This document shows positions 1-11,133 of a DNA stretch of 64,000 nucleotides, piece by piece; the stretch's first letter is position 1, and each line of letters begins with the position of its first letter. The position numbers and the translations under genes were made by a program. The DNA is from an uncultured Pseudomonadota bacterium (lineage in GTDB: Bacteria; Pseudomonadota; Alphaproteobacteria; RF32; CAG-239), in assembly GCA_902763535.1 (NCBI GenBank), contig CACWSG010000001.1:51957-115956 (forward strand), written 5' to 3'. Below the pieces are notes generated by a model. The model saw nothing but the letters and a program-made list of their open reading frames with translations, searched no databases and had not been told where the DNA came from.

Positions 1-101
1 TTACTGCCTTGTATTTTTTACAACTATCATCAACAACTTATACAAAGAAAAAGGTCTAATGTTTATCCAACATCAGACCTTCAATAAAAAAACTTCAGCT
101 T

Positions 102-764
102 TTATCTGTGACCGATTAAGCCTTCAGCAATATTGCGGTTAATATCAACCAAGCTGTTCAACAATTTATCGTCAACTTTATTCAAGCTTTGACCTAATTT
201 AATAGTATTAGCTGCAACATAATCAGCCAACTTAATCAGGTTGTCACGAGTTTCCTGCGGCAGTTTAGTTTTACCTTTTTTCATCAATGTTTTAATCATA
301 ACCCACAACTGCTGGTTAGCATCCAAGGCACTTACCATCTTCATCTCATCTTTAGATTTGAATGCTTGAGCCAACTCCAAGCCGCTCTTAGCTAAATAAT
401 AAGCTTCTTGTTGAGCCATATTTGTATTAACCGATTCCATCAAACCTTGTGAAATTTGACGATTTATATCAGCCAACGACTTAAAATAGCTGCTGGTCAT
501 ATTAACACCTTTGCTCAAGGTAACCTGTTCAACATACTGTGACAATCTATACAAATTGTCTTTGATTTGTTGCGGCATAGTATTGTTTTTATCTTTGGTA
601 GAAGCCCCAATCGACACCCACATTTTCATATTATCATCCAACACCAACACTTTATAATCATTGCTATTGGAGGTTGCCGCCGCATCCAAATACTCAGCAT
701 ACTCTTGCAAAAGATTGGCTTCTTCTGCTGCACCGCTGATTTGTGTTTCAATATCATTAGTCAT
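102..764 (-). CDS. Hypothetical protein with two internal ~100-aa tandem repeats; neighbour of the flagellar genes
   Basis: ORF 102..839. Internal Met at codon 26 is preceded by an AGGAAA RBS, so start is taken at 764. Two self-similar halves (…DINRxIxxGL… repeated). No TM segment or signal peptide. Function unknown. Confidence 0.4.
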   Translation of the reverse strand: MTNDIETQISGAAEEANLLQEYAEYLDAAATSNSNDYKVLVLDDNMKMWVSIGASTKDKNNTMPQQIKDNLYRLSQYVEQVTLSKGVNMTSSYFKSLADINRQISQGLMESVNTNMAQQEAYYLAKSGLELAQAFKSKDEMKMVSALDANQQLWVMIKTLMKKGKTKLPQETRDNLIKLADYVAANTIKLGQSLNKVDDKLLNSLVDINRNIAEGLIGHR

Positions 765-1002
765 GTATTTTTCCTTTAGTAAATGTTGTTTATACCAATC
801 CACCCAAACATAAACAAAGAGGAGAAGTTTATCTGCCATTGGGGAATATCGGCTATAATATAAACTTCTTCCTCTTATTAGTCAAGTAAAATACAACAAA
901 TATATTGTATTTTAACTTTAGTTTTTTTAAGAAAAAAATTGGGGAGATTTTACACTTAAAAAAACTTCTGCAACATAATAATATTAGGGAAAAATTTTCA
1001 CC

Positions 1003-1764
1003 TTAGAACGGAGCTATGACATCAAGTATTTGTCTGCCGTATCTGGGCTGTTGAACATCGGAAATAACTCCCTTACCGCCATAAGAAACTCTCAATTCGG
1101 CAATTTTGCTTGATTCGACAGTATTGTTAGAAGAAATATCAGCCCGTCTTACAATTCCGCGCATATACAACTGACGCACTTCATAACTTATGCGAATTTC
1201 TTGAGTTCCTTCAATTACCAAGTTACCATTCGGCAAAACTTGAGTAACCACGGCCGCAAATGTTACATTAATACTTTCTTTGCGGTCAATCTTACCATCG
1301 CCTTCAATCTCACGATTGGATGTAACTCCGATAGCACTTTCATTTTTGTACCCTTTCGGAAAGACATCTTCTAAATATTTTTCGAATCCTAAAGCTGAAG
1401 AAATACTTAAAGAATCTTTGTTATCATCCCGATTTTGCTCCATTTTATTTTCCATCAAAGCGTTGTCCTTGGTCGAAATTTTAACCGTGATAATATCACC
1501 GACCTTTGACGCTCTTTGATCTTTGAAAAATCCGGCCGCTCCTTGGCTCCACAAAGAATTAGCCGCATGAACTCCTTCTTGTTTTGCCGGCATCGGCATT
1601 GATACCGGTTCATAATCTCTCGCCTCAACCGGATTGGTAATAGGAGACAACGGAGGCTCTTGCCCTACATCAGACAAACGCGAAAATATTCCGCATCCCG
1701 ACAGCGATGTTGCCATTAACAAAATCGCCGTTCCTTTTCCAATCATCATATTTTTGTTTTTCAT
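1003..1764 (-). CDS. flgH: Flagellar L-ring lipoprotein FlgH
   Basis: From Met14 the N-terminus is MKNKNMMIGKGTAILLMATSLSGC, a signal peptide with an LSGC lipobox. AGGGGAA RBS lies upstream of this start. Length and flagellar operon context fit FlgH. Confidence 0.8.
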   Translation of the reverse strand: MKNKNMMIGKGTAILLMATSLSGCGIFSRLSDVGQEPPLSPITNPVEARDYEPVSMPMPAKQEGVHAANSLWSQGAAGFFKDQRASKVGDIITVKISTKDNALMENKMEQNRDDNKDSLSISSALGFEKYLEDVFPKGYKNESAIGVTSNREIEGDGKIDRKESINVTFAAVVTQVLPNGNLVIEGTQEIRISYEVRQLYMRGIVRRADISSNNTVESSKIAELRVSYGGKGVISDVQQPRYGRQILDVIAPF

Positions 1765-1783
1765 GCTAATAGTTCCCCTGCTA

Positions 1784-2488
1784 TTATTCATTTCCAATTT
1801 CAACCAATCCTGCGGCCTTAGCTACACCGATAATTTCTTTTTTACTGCTCAAATTAAGCAATTTTACTGCCTGTCCTTGCGCTGCGTTATCCAAAGCCTG
1901 CATCTTTGAGGTTATCTGTAAACCTTTTTTGGTATACATCGCCGTAACCGCCTGACCTTTTTTAATAATAATTTCCGCTTGCAAATCATTTTTTTCAATT
2001 AATTTGCCTGATTTTAAAAATTTGGCGGCCTGTTTTCCGATAATATCTTCCTTAGTGCTGTATGCTCCGCCCTTCAAGCGACTTGCTCGCACGGTTGTTT
2101 CCTGCAAATCACTCTCATTAATCAGTTTGTCTTTGGCAATATCCTTTGCCGGCACCCAAACTTTCACCATTTGATAATAACGCCCGACCAATTTAGTTTT
2201 TGCCACCTGTTCGCCATCGGCAAAAATTTCCGCATCAGATGAAAAACGCCCCTGCTCTTCATCAATACTAAAATTGCTCAACATAATTTTTGCATCATCG
2301 GCCTGCTCGAAGTAATATTCAGTCTTACCGCCGAAAATATCCAAATCGATATTTTCCATTCCTTGTTCGGCAAACTCTTTTTTCACTTCTTCGGTTATTG
2401 CTGTTTTGCTTAAACGATACTCAGCTTGGGCTCCGAAAGCCAGCAAACTAATCGCAACAGTCAAACCAAACAATCGATTACGCATCAC
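1784..2488 (-). CDS. flgA: Flagellar P-ring assembly chaperone FlgA
   Basis: 234 aa with N-terminal signal peptide (LLAFGAQA). Sits between flgG and flgH. SAF-like C-terminal region. Confidence 0.65.
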   Translation of the reverse strand: MMRNRLFGLTVAISLLAFGAQAEYRLSKTAITEEVKKEFAEQGMENIDLDIFGGKTEYYFEQADDAKIMLSNFSIDEEQGRFSSDAEIFADGEQVAKTKLVGRYYQMVKVWVPAKDIAKDKLINESDLQETTVRASRLKGGAYSTKEDIIGKQAAKFLKSGKLIEKNDLQAEIIIKKGQAVTAMYTKKGLQITSKMQALDNAAQGQAVKLLNLSSKKEIIGVAKAAGLVEIGNE

Positions 2489-2499
2489 TTGTCAACCCT

Positions 2500-3288
2500 T
2501 TATTTCATTTGATTAATGGTATTAAGCATGGAATCCGAAGTTGTAATAACTTTTGAATTCATTTCATAAGCGCGTTGTGCCGAAATCAGTTCAGTAATTT
2601 CTGTCACCGGATTAACATTTGATGTATTAAGATAGCCCTGCAAAATCGAGCCGAATCCTTCCGAATCCGGATTATCAATAATCGGATCGCCCGAAGCTTC
2701 GGTTTCAATAAAAAGATTATCTCCGATAGCTTCCAAACCGGCTTCATTCACAAAAGTGGCCAACTCTAATTGTCCGACATTAACTTCATCGACCTCACCG
2801 TCTTGTTTAATCCAAACCTCGCCTGATGAATTTACATAAACTTCAACGGCATCCTCGGGAATAGTAATTTCCGGTTGCACAACATATCCCTCATGGGTTA
2901 CGATTGTACCGTCTCCGTTGCGTTGAAAAGCTCCGTCGCGAGTATAGCCGGTTCCTTTTCCTTCCGGCAACTCAATGGTAAAATAGCCTCTGCCGCGAAT
3001 AGCCAAATCCAAGTCATTGCCGGTTGAAGTGAGCGAACCGCCCTCCGTAATACGATAAATCGCTGAAGTTCTAACACCCAATCCCATTTGCACACCGGCC
3101 GGAACGATTGTATTATCTGCAGTTGAAGCTGATCCCGGACGAACCACATTTTGATAAATCAAATCGCTGAACTCGGCACGACGCTTGGTATATGCGGTGG
3201 TGTTCATATTAGCGATGTTGTTGGCAATTGTATCAACATTGGTCTGTTGAGCCAACATTCCGGTAGCACCTATTTGTAATGATCTCAT
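2500..3288 (-). CDS. flgG: Flagellar distal rod protein FlgG
   Basis: N-terminal rod motif SLQIGATGMLAQQTNVDTIANNIANMNTTAY and C-terminal rod-family domain (…ISAQRAYEMNSKVITTSDSML). 262 aa. Confidence 0.9.
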   Translation of the reverse strand: MRSLQIGATGMLAQQTNVDTIANNIANMNTTAYTKRRAEFSDLIYQNVVRPGSASTADNTIVPAGVQMGLGVRTSAIYRITEGGSLTSTGNDLDLAIRGRGYFTIELPEGKGTGYTRDGAFQRNGDGTIVTHEGYVVQPEITIPEDAVEVYVNSSGEVWIKQDGEVDEVNVGQLELATFVNEAGLEAIGDNLFIETEASGDPIIDNPDSEGFGSILQGYLNTSNVNPVTEITELISAQRAYEMNSKVITTSDSMLNTINQMK

Positions 3289-3307
3289 TGTTTTTCCCCT
3301 TTATATC

Positions 3308-4051
3308 CTAAGCCAAATCGGCAAAAGTTGAAATTGTGTTGGACAGACGAGTGTGTTCCTCGTCTATCATTTGTTGAACATAATCATAACTGCGTTGAAT
3401 CTTGATTAAATTAGTCATTTCCGCAATAGCATTAACATTGGAATTTTCCACCATTCCTTGAATAATGCGCGCATTATCCGCACCATACTCCATTGCATTG
3501 CCTTGAACATTCTCAAACAATACTCCGGCAACCTTTAGCAATTTTCCCTCATCGGCAAAATTAGCAATTTTCAAACGACCGATAATGCCGTTTTCGGTCA
3601 TCACATCACCGCTTTCTGAGATAACTATCTCTTTTTCTCCCGGAGCAATGAACAACGGAGCGTTACTTTCGCTTAAAACAATATCGCCCTCGGTAGTGGT
3701 AATTGCACCGTCTTCATTCAAAGTAAATTGACCTTTACGCGTATAACGCTCACCGGCTGCGGTTTCTACACAGAAAAATCCCTTACCGCGAATAGCCACA
3801 TCCAAATCATTGCCGGTTTCCTTGAAACTGCCTTCACTAAAATCGGCATAATCACCATAATCCTGCGTAAAATAAATCGGACTTGAGCCAATTCCCAAAG
3901 CTGTCGGTGTTTGTTGTAAATAAGATGTAAAAACGGCATCATCTTGCTTATATCCGGCAGTATTCATATTGGCTATATTATTAGAAACAATATTCATTTG
4001 TTTCCACAAAGCCATCTGACGCGACAAAGCCACATAATTTGTATTATCCAT
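3308..4051 (-). CDS. flgF: Flagellar proximal rod protein FlgF
   Basis: N-terminal VALSRQMALWKQMNIVSNNIANMNTAGY rod motif. 247 aa. Immediately upstream of flgG. Confidence 0.85.
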   Translation of the reverse strand: MDNTNYVALSRQMALWKQMNIVSNNIANMNTAGYKQDDAVFTSYLQQTPTALGIGSSPIYFTQDYGDYADFSEGSFKETGNDLDVAIRGKGFFCVETAAGERYTRKGQFTLNEDGAITTTEGDIVLSESNAPLFIAPGEKEIVISESGDVMTENGIIGRLKIANFADEGKLLKVAGVLFENVQGNAMEYGADNARIIQGMVENSNVNAIAEMTNLIKIQRSYDYVQQMIDEEHTRLSNTISTFADLA

Positions 4052-4180
4052 TTATTTTCCCCTTTTAATATCAGCGCTTTCCCTTATCTGCGCTATCGGA
4101 TAATTTAATCATGTGCTTATATATGCAAAACCCGTGCCAAATTTTAAAATTACAAATTTTTGTTTATTGTTTAGCAACGC

Positions 4181-4585
<405 letters not shown>

Positions 4586-4620
4586 AACCGAAAACAATCC
4601 ATCTTTTAATCCATAATTTT

Positions 4621-5883
4621 TTATTTGGCAAGATTTTTTATACAATCACCAAAATCTTTGCCGCGTTCTTCAAAATTTTTATAACAATTATAACTGGGCG
4701 CTGCCGGCGATAATACAACAACACCGCCATCTTTTGTATACTCAAAAGCTGTCTCAACTGCCTCTTTCATATCATGTACCGCCTTGCTCTGCACTCCGTC
4801 AGATGCCGCCATAATTCTTACACCGGTATCCGGCAACACCACTAAACGGATTCTGTTACCCAATGATTTAAGATATTCACCCAACTTGGCATAATCCTGT
4901 CCGCGATCATAGCCACCCGCAATCAAAGTCATAATTTGACCTTTATCCAAAGCCTTAAGTGCTGCGATTGCTGTTTCCGGTGTTGTTGAAATACTATCAT
5001 CAACAAACTCAACTCCCCTAAACTCTCCTACTTTTTGCAAACGATGCGGCAAAGCCTGAAATGACGCAAAAGCCTCCTCGCATTTTTTTAAAGAAATTCC
5101 AAGTAATTTTACAACACTTAATACCGCGCAAGCATTATGAGCATTATGTTCTCCCGGCAACGGCAAAACCTGACATGAAAATATTTTTTCATTTCCATCA
5201 TAAAAACAACCGTCGTTTATATGCACCCCCTGACTGTCATTAAACCATTCTGCCGCTTTTTTATCCGCCATCAGCAATGTGCGTTCATCATCGGCATTCA
5301 GTAGTTTTCGTTTTGCCTTATTTATCATATTCAGTTTATCAAGCCAATATTGTTGATGGCTGCCGTGCCATTGCAAATGCTCCGGATAAAGATTAAGCAA
5401 AACTCCGATATCGGCACTCCCTTCACAATCAGCGCATTGATAGCTGGACATTTCTGCCACAATCACATCAGCTTTGCTATCGACCAACTCGACCAAAGGA
5501 AGCCCGATGTTTCCACCTAATTCAGCATTTTTTCCCAAATATTTTAAGGTATGATACAACAAAGCAGAAGTCGTACTTTTTCCTTTTGTTCCGGTAATTG
5601 CAATCAGCAAAGCATCTCTACTTTTGTTGGCGAAAAACAAATTACTGCCGGAAGTAACGGTAATTCCTTTTTTCTTTGCTTGAACAATTTCTTGACGATA
5701 CAGACTGACCCCCGGTGATTTAATCAAAACATCACATTGTTCAATCTCATCAGTATTATCTTCATTTATCTCTATAATTTTGTAAGAGGAACAATGTTGT
5801 TTGACAGCCCTGATTGCAGCCTGCCCTTCTTTACCTTGTCCCCAAACACCGATAACTTTATTTTCTAAATTCTGCCATAACAT
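4621..5883 (-). CDS. Mur ligase family protein (MurD-like ATP-dependent amide ligase)
   Basis: P-loop AITGTKGKSTT and an N-terminal Rossmann-like region with SPGVSL…GI.V.S..NLF, as in MurD. 420 aa. Lies outside any dcw cluster and overlaps the next gene by 26 nt. Confidence 0.55.
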   Translation of the reverse strand: MLWQNLENKVIGVWGQGKEGQAAIRAVKQHCSSYKIIEINEDNTDEIEQCDVLIKSPGVSLYRQEIVQAKKKGITVTSGSNLFFANKSRDALLIAITGTKGKSTTSALLYHTLKYLGKNAELGGNIGLPLVELVDSKADVIVAEMSSYQCADCEGSADIGVLLNLYPEHLQWHGSHQQYWLDKLNMINKAKRKLLNADDERTLLMADKKAAEWFNDSQGVHINDGCFYDGNEKIFSCQVLPLPGEHNAHNACAVLSVVKLLGISLKKCEEAFASFQALPHRLQKVGEFRGVEFVDDSISTTPETAIAALKALDKGQIMTLIAGGYDRGQDYAKLGEYLKSLGNRIRLVVLPDTGVRIMAASDGVQSKAVHDMKEAVETAFEYTKDGGVVVLSPAAPSYNCYKNFEERGKDFGDCIKNLAK

Positions 5884-7171
5884 TGCTAAATCTTTCCGGT
5901 ATTATATGTTGTTCACTCGGCACAAACAAATCATGACCATCATTTTCAATTTTATTTGCCAAGGATTTTATCACACAATCATTCTGCCATTCCGCTCTTG
6001 TTGCCAATTGTGCCAATGCCCATTTTGACTCTGCAAACTCTCCGACACATTCAAAAGGTTTATACCCCGTCAAACCTAACAGTTCTTCATATCCCTTTAT
6101 CTGATTTTCATCATTAAGCGGATTTTTCCCCACAACTGCAATCAGCTTATCTTTATCCATAAAAGCTGCTAAAATCAAAAATACAAAACGACATTTATCA
6201 CAATCACCGCACCAGTGATTTAATCTCTTTTCTTCATCGAGTTTAAAAGCCTTATTGCAGCTGGTAAACACCTCAAAATATTTAGCACATTTCTGCACAA
6301 ACAACTTGGCAATATGAATTTCACTAATCGGACGCAACAATGAAAAATAACGAAACTCAGGAGTTATCTTTTGACTCAATTCATAAAAATCGCTTTCAAA
6401 ATCATACGATTTACTGTATTGATGATTGATTTTGACGCCGTCAAAAACCATATTACCGGAAGAAGCCGAACGTTCACAACTCATCACCACATATTTTTTG
6501 TTATAAATAATCGCTACTGCCCACAACATAAAAGCCAAAATTCCGGTTATCGGCACATGACCGTTATAAACTTCACCGCTTTCATTCAAACGCAGCAACT
6601 CCGGTGCTATTTTTCGTTTTATAATAATTTTATCCATACCGGATTTGGCAATAACATTGGCAATCGGCTTCGGCTCACCGCAAGCAATAGCGGTGGTTTT
6701 TATATTCAAATCACGCAACAACTCTGCACTCACACAAGAATCTTTGCCCCCTCCGATGGGTAAAAGAGCCTCATCATTAAAGTGCATATCTATGGGCTCT
6801 CTTGTTAACCCCTGTTGAAACGGAAACTTAATTTTTTCAAAAAAATGCAGGTTATTGCGAACTGCAAATTCACCTAATCCGTTGACATAAAAGCGTTTAA
6901 AAAATTCTGCCTCTTGCGAATTTATCGCATAATCATCTAACACAATACTCTCAGGCAAAAAAGCCTTATAATAACTTATACCGGCCGCCAAATGCCAATA
7001 TCTGAGGACTTGATGTAATGCCTGAATTTGTTGTTCGTTAAGTTCTTTGGGCGGATTGGGCAAAATAAACTTTTCAACAAATTCATATTTGTCATCCACT
7101 CCATAGCCAAAAGAAACTTCCCCATTCTCAGGTGAAAAATTAAAATTTTTGAAATGAAATTCTTTATACAA
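5858..7171 (-). CDS. PP-loop ATP-pyrophosphatase family protein with QueC-like zinc motif
   Basis: PP-loop LPIGGGKDSCVSAELL and a C-proximal WCGDCDKCRF cysteine cluster resembling QueC Zn-binding CxxCxxC. At 437 aa it is much larger than QueC. Translationally coupled to the Mur-ligase-like gene. Confidence 0.5.
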   Translation of the reverse strand: MYKEFHFKNFNFSPENGEVSFGYGVDDKYEFVEKFILPNPPKELNEQQIQALHQVLRYWHLAAGISYYKAFLPESIVLDDYAINSQEAEFFKRFYVNGLGEFAVRNNLHFFEKIKFPFQQGLTREPIDMHFNDEALLPIGGGKDSCVSAELLRDLNIKTTAIACGEPKPIANVIAKSGMDKIIIKRKIAPELLRLNESGEVYNGHVPITGILAFMLWAVAIIYNKKYVVMSCERSASSGNMVFDGVKINHQYSKSYDFESDFYELSQKITPEFRYFSLLRPISEIHIAKLFVQKCAKYFEVFTSCNKAFKLDEEKRLNHWCGDCDKCRFVFLILAAFMDKDKLIAVVGKNPLNDENQIKGYEELLGLTGYKPFECVGEFAESKWALAQLATRAEWQNDCVIKSLANKIENDGHDLFVPSEQHIIPERFSNVMAEFRK

Positions 7172-7176
7172 TTTTC

Positions 7177-9522
7177 TTAGTCCTTAGCCTGATGCAACAC
7201 AAGTTGGGTAAACGGAATTTCAATTCCCTCTTCTTCAAAACGTTTGTTTATGATAAAGCGTACATCACTCGGTGCAGTCCAACCGCTCCATACATCACTG
7301 ACATAAAACCTTACCTCAAAATCAAGACTGCTGGCACCGAAATCCTGAAACAACACATAAGGAGCCGGCTTTTTAGCAACTTTAGGATGCGACGCCACAC
7401 ATTCCAACAAAACTTTCTTGACCTTTTCCACATCACTGCCATAAGCAACCCCTACTTTAACGCCATAACGAGCCCAATTACTTTGGTGGGTTAAATTGGT
7501 TACCGAGTTGGACAGCACTTTGGCATTAGGAATAATCAGACTTGATCGTTGAAAAGTTTCAATTTCGGTGGAACGAATATTAATCTGTTTAACCTGTCCC
7601 TCTTCACCATTGATAACAACCCAATCGCCGACTTTTATCGGACGCTCAAATAACATGATAATACCGGATACAAAGTTGTTTACAATATCTTGCAGACCTA
7701 AACCGATACCAACAGACAAAGCACCGGCAATTATTGCAATATTGGATAAGTTGCCGCCCATTATAGCTATTGCCAACAATCCTGACAACACATAGCCGAT
7801 ATAAGCAAAACCTGAGGCTAAAGAATGTTTGGTTCCGCTGTCAATTGAAGTGCGTTCCAAAATCTTAAATTCAATTCGGTCTTGCAAAAATCGGATTATC
7901 CACAAACAGATAACAAATGCCAAAACACCCCAAAAGATTGAGACTAATGATATTTTAACACCGCCGACATTAAATCCGTAGATTGCTTTATAGGCCATAC
8001 CTTGCAGCATATCAGTCGGTACACCCCACAAAATCAATATTCCGGCCATAAATACCAAAGTAATTAACGGTTCAACCGCAAAACCGAACCAAAAATCCAC
8101 CTTGCGCAAAAAAATGCGACGCACATGAAAATCTTTTACCCATAAACCCATAAATAGAATTCTGCGTCCTATATCATAAATAAAGCGTCTTATAATGGTA
8201 TAGATAAACAAGGCAACCAATGACAATAATGTGCGGTTAACCACGAAGTAAGCTAATCTGGCATAGCCGGAAAATGCCACCCCGATAACAATACAAGCAT
8301 ACAGCATTGCTAAAGCACCGATTTTAGAAGCGCGATTGCGAGCAATATTAGCTTTTTCATCATCGAGATCATTTTCAGTTTGATCACTGGTAAAATAAAT
8401 ATAAGTCAACCAAACCATGCACACAGCTCTTAATGATGCCGTCAACGCCATCAAATAAGACATCAATTCCAAAGGATAATGCTGTACTGCCACGATGGCG
8501 ATTAAAATCGAAAAAATACCTACCGTATAAATTGTAAAATTAATCGCCATAAACAACCTTTTAGCCTTGATGGTTGACATACTGATAAGCCGCCATTTTT
8601 CATTATACGGGGTTAAAATAACTCGCGCTAAAGCTCTGCCCATGGTCACAAACAAAGCGTAAGACAATATGGTCTGCAAAACCAATTTGAAAAATGCATT
8701 ATTCCAAAAAACAATCAAGCTCAAATGATACCAACAATAGATTATAATTGCTGTGGGAATAATACCGTAAGCACACCAAACTGCCATTGAAGCGGCAATC
8801 TTGCGTCCCAAACGCAAATTTTCAATATCATTGCGATATCCCCAACGATTGATTACAAAATGACGCAAATAATATCCCAAGACAACAATTACAGCCAACA
8901 GCCCTAAAAATTGCAGCATTGCCAAACCGGCACCGCTTCCGCCGTTTTCTTTATATTCCTGATAGGCCAAATAAGGCGATTTGGCTATATCAACCAACAA
9001 TATAAGCAATTCACGATTAACTTGCCACAAAATTGCCGGATTGATAAAACGCAAATCTGTTTTCAGTAAATTGCCCCATAATTTTTGATTGCGAATTTCA
9101 AAAATGCGTAAATTCAATTCTTCAATTTTAGCCGATAACAAATCAATTTCTGATAATCTGGTCTTTTCGGTTGTTAATTCCTGATTAAATTCCTGACGTT
9201 TTTGCATAATAATTTTAGCCTCTACGGCTCCGTCATCATTTTCTCCTAAAGCCTCAATGCGTTTTTCAATAAGTTTTATCTCACTGGCAATAATTTGTCT
9301 TGATGAGGTCAAATGTCCGAAAGTATCATTCAAATAGGTAATTTTATCAACCAACGAGTTAACATCTGTTTTTTCATCTTTGGTAAGTTTTTCAATATTT
9401 TTTAATTCGGTTGAAATGGTTTTATAACTCAAGCCATTGCCCAAATCATCAATACGCGCGTTTTGCGCATAAACATCAAAACTCAATAAAACAGCTAATA
9501 TCCAAACAACAATCTTTTTCAT
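7177..9522 (-). CDS. Mechanosensitive ion channel, MscS family (MscK/KefA-like)
   Basis: 781 aa with signal peptide, long periplasmic coiled-coil, multiple TM helices, and C-terminal MscS core (…GIIMLFERPIKVGDWVVINGEEGQVKQINIRSTEIET…). Confidence 0.85.
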   Translation of the reverse strand: MKKIVVWILAVLLSFDVYAQNARIDDLGNGLSYKTISTELKNIEKLTKDEKTDVNSLVDKITYLNDTFGHLTSSRQIIASEIKLIEKRIEALGENDDGAVEAKIIMQKRQEFNQELTTEKTRLSEIDLLSAKIEELNLRIFEIRNQKLWGNLLKTDLRFINPAILWQVNRELLILLVDIAKSPYLAYQEYKENGGSGAGLAMLQFLGLLAVIVVLGYYLRHFVINRWGYRNDIENLRLGRKIAASMAVWCAYGIIPTAIIIYCWYHLSLIVFWNNAFFKLVLQTILSYALFVTMGRALARVILTPYNEKWRLISMSTIKAKRLFMAINFTIYTVGIFSILIAIVAVQHYPLELMSYLMALTASLRAVCMVWLTYIYFTSDQTENDLDDEKANIARNRASKIGALAMLYACIVIGVAFSGYARLAYFVVNRTLLSLVALFIYTIIRRFIYDIGRRILFMGLWVKDFHVRRIFLRKVDFWFGFAVEPLITLVFMAGILILWGVPTDMLQGMAYKAIYGFNVGGVKISLVSIFWGVLAFVICLWIIRFLQDRIEFKILERTSIDSGTKHSLASGFAYIGYVLSGLLAIAIMGGNLSNIAIIAGALSVGIGLGLQDIVNNFVSGIIMLFERPIKVGDWVVINGEEGQVKQINIRSTEIETFQRSSLIIPNAKVLSNSVTNLTHQSNWARYGVKVGVAYGSDVEKVKKVLLECVASHPKVAKKPAPYVLFQDFGASSLDFEVRFYVSDVWSGWTAPSDVRFIINKRFEEEGIEIPFTQLVLHQAKD

Positions 9523-10496
9523 TTCATCTCTTTCTTTAACATTTTAACAATCAAATCACTAATTGTGGCGGCCATAATTTTTGCCTCATCACCGGCCGTC
9601 CAAAAGCTAACAGCATTTTCTAGACTCTCATCTTGACGAACACGACTGATGAAAACATCATATTCGCCTTGGACATCAGTCAAAGCGGCATATCCTCCGT
9701 CTTTTTGACTATTCACCACCAAAATGCCTTTAGTCTTTTTCCATATAGCCAAAGCATCTTCCGGCGTTGTTTCCCGCTTAAATTTCACACTCACAAAAGC
9801 TCCTGCCCCCACAAACACCGGAGCAATTGCACAATTAGCATGAATTTTAACTTCACCTGCCAAAACTCGTTTCAAATCAACCGCCAATTGCCACTCATAC
9901 TCTGTTTCTTCACCAATAAAAGAACCTGCTTGAGGAATAACATTAAAAGCCAAAGTCTTGGGAAAAATCTTTTTATCATCGGGATTATCATTCATCAAAA
10001 TACGCCGCGTATGATTATACAATTCACTCATACCGTCTTGTCCGGCAATATCAGCTCCAACCAACAGCGTAAAGCGTAAACTTTCAATACAAAAATTTTT
10101 TAACGGCTCAACCGCCTTGGCAATCAACAGCGACAACCCATGCGGAACATTAACCACACTTTCAACAGCTCCGTTTTTATCGATGACATAAGGAATTTCA
10201 GCATAATCACTCAAAGCATCCGTTGCGTTGATAATTTTAACTCCGGCTTTGGCCCATTTGTGAGCATATTCTCTTGCCAGCTGTTCATCACCGACAAACA
10301 CCGCCAAATCATAATCTTCTGCTTTGGCTTGTACAACATTTTGCACGGCAAAAATTTTATCCACGCAGTCTATCTCTTCTCCGGTTTGAACTTTGCGTGC
10401 AAACACATCCGCATCACAATCCTTACCCTTATTCAGCAAAGCTTCCAACACTTCGCGCACAGCCTTAACTTCACCCAAAATTGCCAATTTTTTCAT
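9519..10496 (-). CDS. Aspartate-semialdehyde dehydrogenase family protein (Asd/USG-1-like)
   Basis: Active-site-like IHANCAIAP and Asd-like dimerisation region. 325 aa. N-terminal NAD-binding motif is atypical. Confidence 0.5.
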   Translation of the reverse strand: MKKLAILGEVKAVREVLEALLNKGKDCDADVFARKVQTGEEIDCVDKIFAVQNVVQAKAEDYDLAVFVGDEQLAREYAHKWAKAGVKIINATDALSDYAEIPYVIDKNGAVESVVNVPHGLSLLIAKAVEPLKNFCIESLRFTLLVGADIAGQDGMSELYNHTRRILMNDNPDDKKIFPKTLAFNVIPQAGSFIGEETEYEWQLAVDLKRVLAGEVKIHANCAIAPVFVGAGAFVSVKFKRETTPEDALAIWKKTKGILVVNSQKDGGYAALTDVQGEYDVFISRVRQDESLENAVSFWTAGDEAKIMAATISDLIVKMLKKEMK

Positions 10497-10636
10497 ATTA
10501 TTAATTCCCTAATCCAAGCCACTTTACAATATTCTTTTATAAAAGATTTAACAATAAAATCTGTTGTGCTATTAACAAGTTTCTTTATAAACAAACAACC
10601 CTCATTGCTTTTTTTAAGCAACAAGGGCTGTAAAAA

Positions 10637-10984
10637 TCATTTTTTCTTGTTTTTCCTCAGGCTCAGTAAAGGCAATGATGCCGCCGCTAATACGAGCAGA
10701 AACGGCAACCAATTGTAATTACTCAATTTGAAACCGCAGACGATTAGCAAAACTCCTGCCGCCCACACAAACATCAAGCAAAAAGCATACATCGTCATAT
10801 TGTGACCTTTTCTTGCCAAATCTTGGTTTTGTGAATCTTTTTCTGCTTCTTTGCGTCTGAGTTCCGGATGCTTCTTGTATAATTTGACAAGATAAACCAG
10901 CATCACCAGAAGAAACACGACGAAAATCAAGGACCATATAACGACATAGCCCCTTACATCTTGAAATAAAATAGTCTGTTCCAT
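10637..10984 (-). CDS. Small membrane protein (3 predicted TM helices), hypothetical
   Basis: Hydrophobic segments VVIWSLIFVVFLLVMLVYLV, AFCLMFVWAAGVLLIVCGF and WLPFLLVLAAASLPLL. An imperfect hairpin terminator follows on the minus strand. Confidence 0.45.
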   Translation of the reverse strand: MEQTILFQDVRGYVVIWSLIFVVFLLVMLVYLVKLYKKHPELRRKEAEKDSQNQDLARKGHNMTMYAFCLMFVWAAGVLLIVCGFKLSNYNWLPFLLVLAAASLPLLSLRKNKKK

Positions 10985-11133
10985 AATTTTTTAGATTTTA
11001 ATAAATAGATAGAATTATAATTTTATATTCCACTCATTAAATAAAAACCGTTTTAATGTCAAGTATATTCTTGACATAAGCTCTAAAATGGCTTTTACTT
11101 ATAACCTGATTAAATTTTAACAACAAAGGATAT

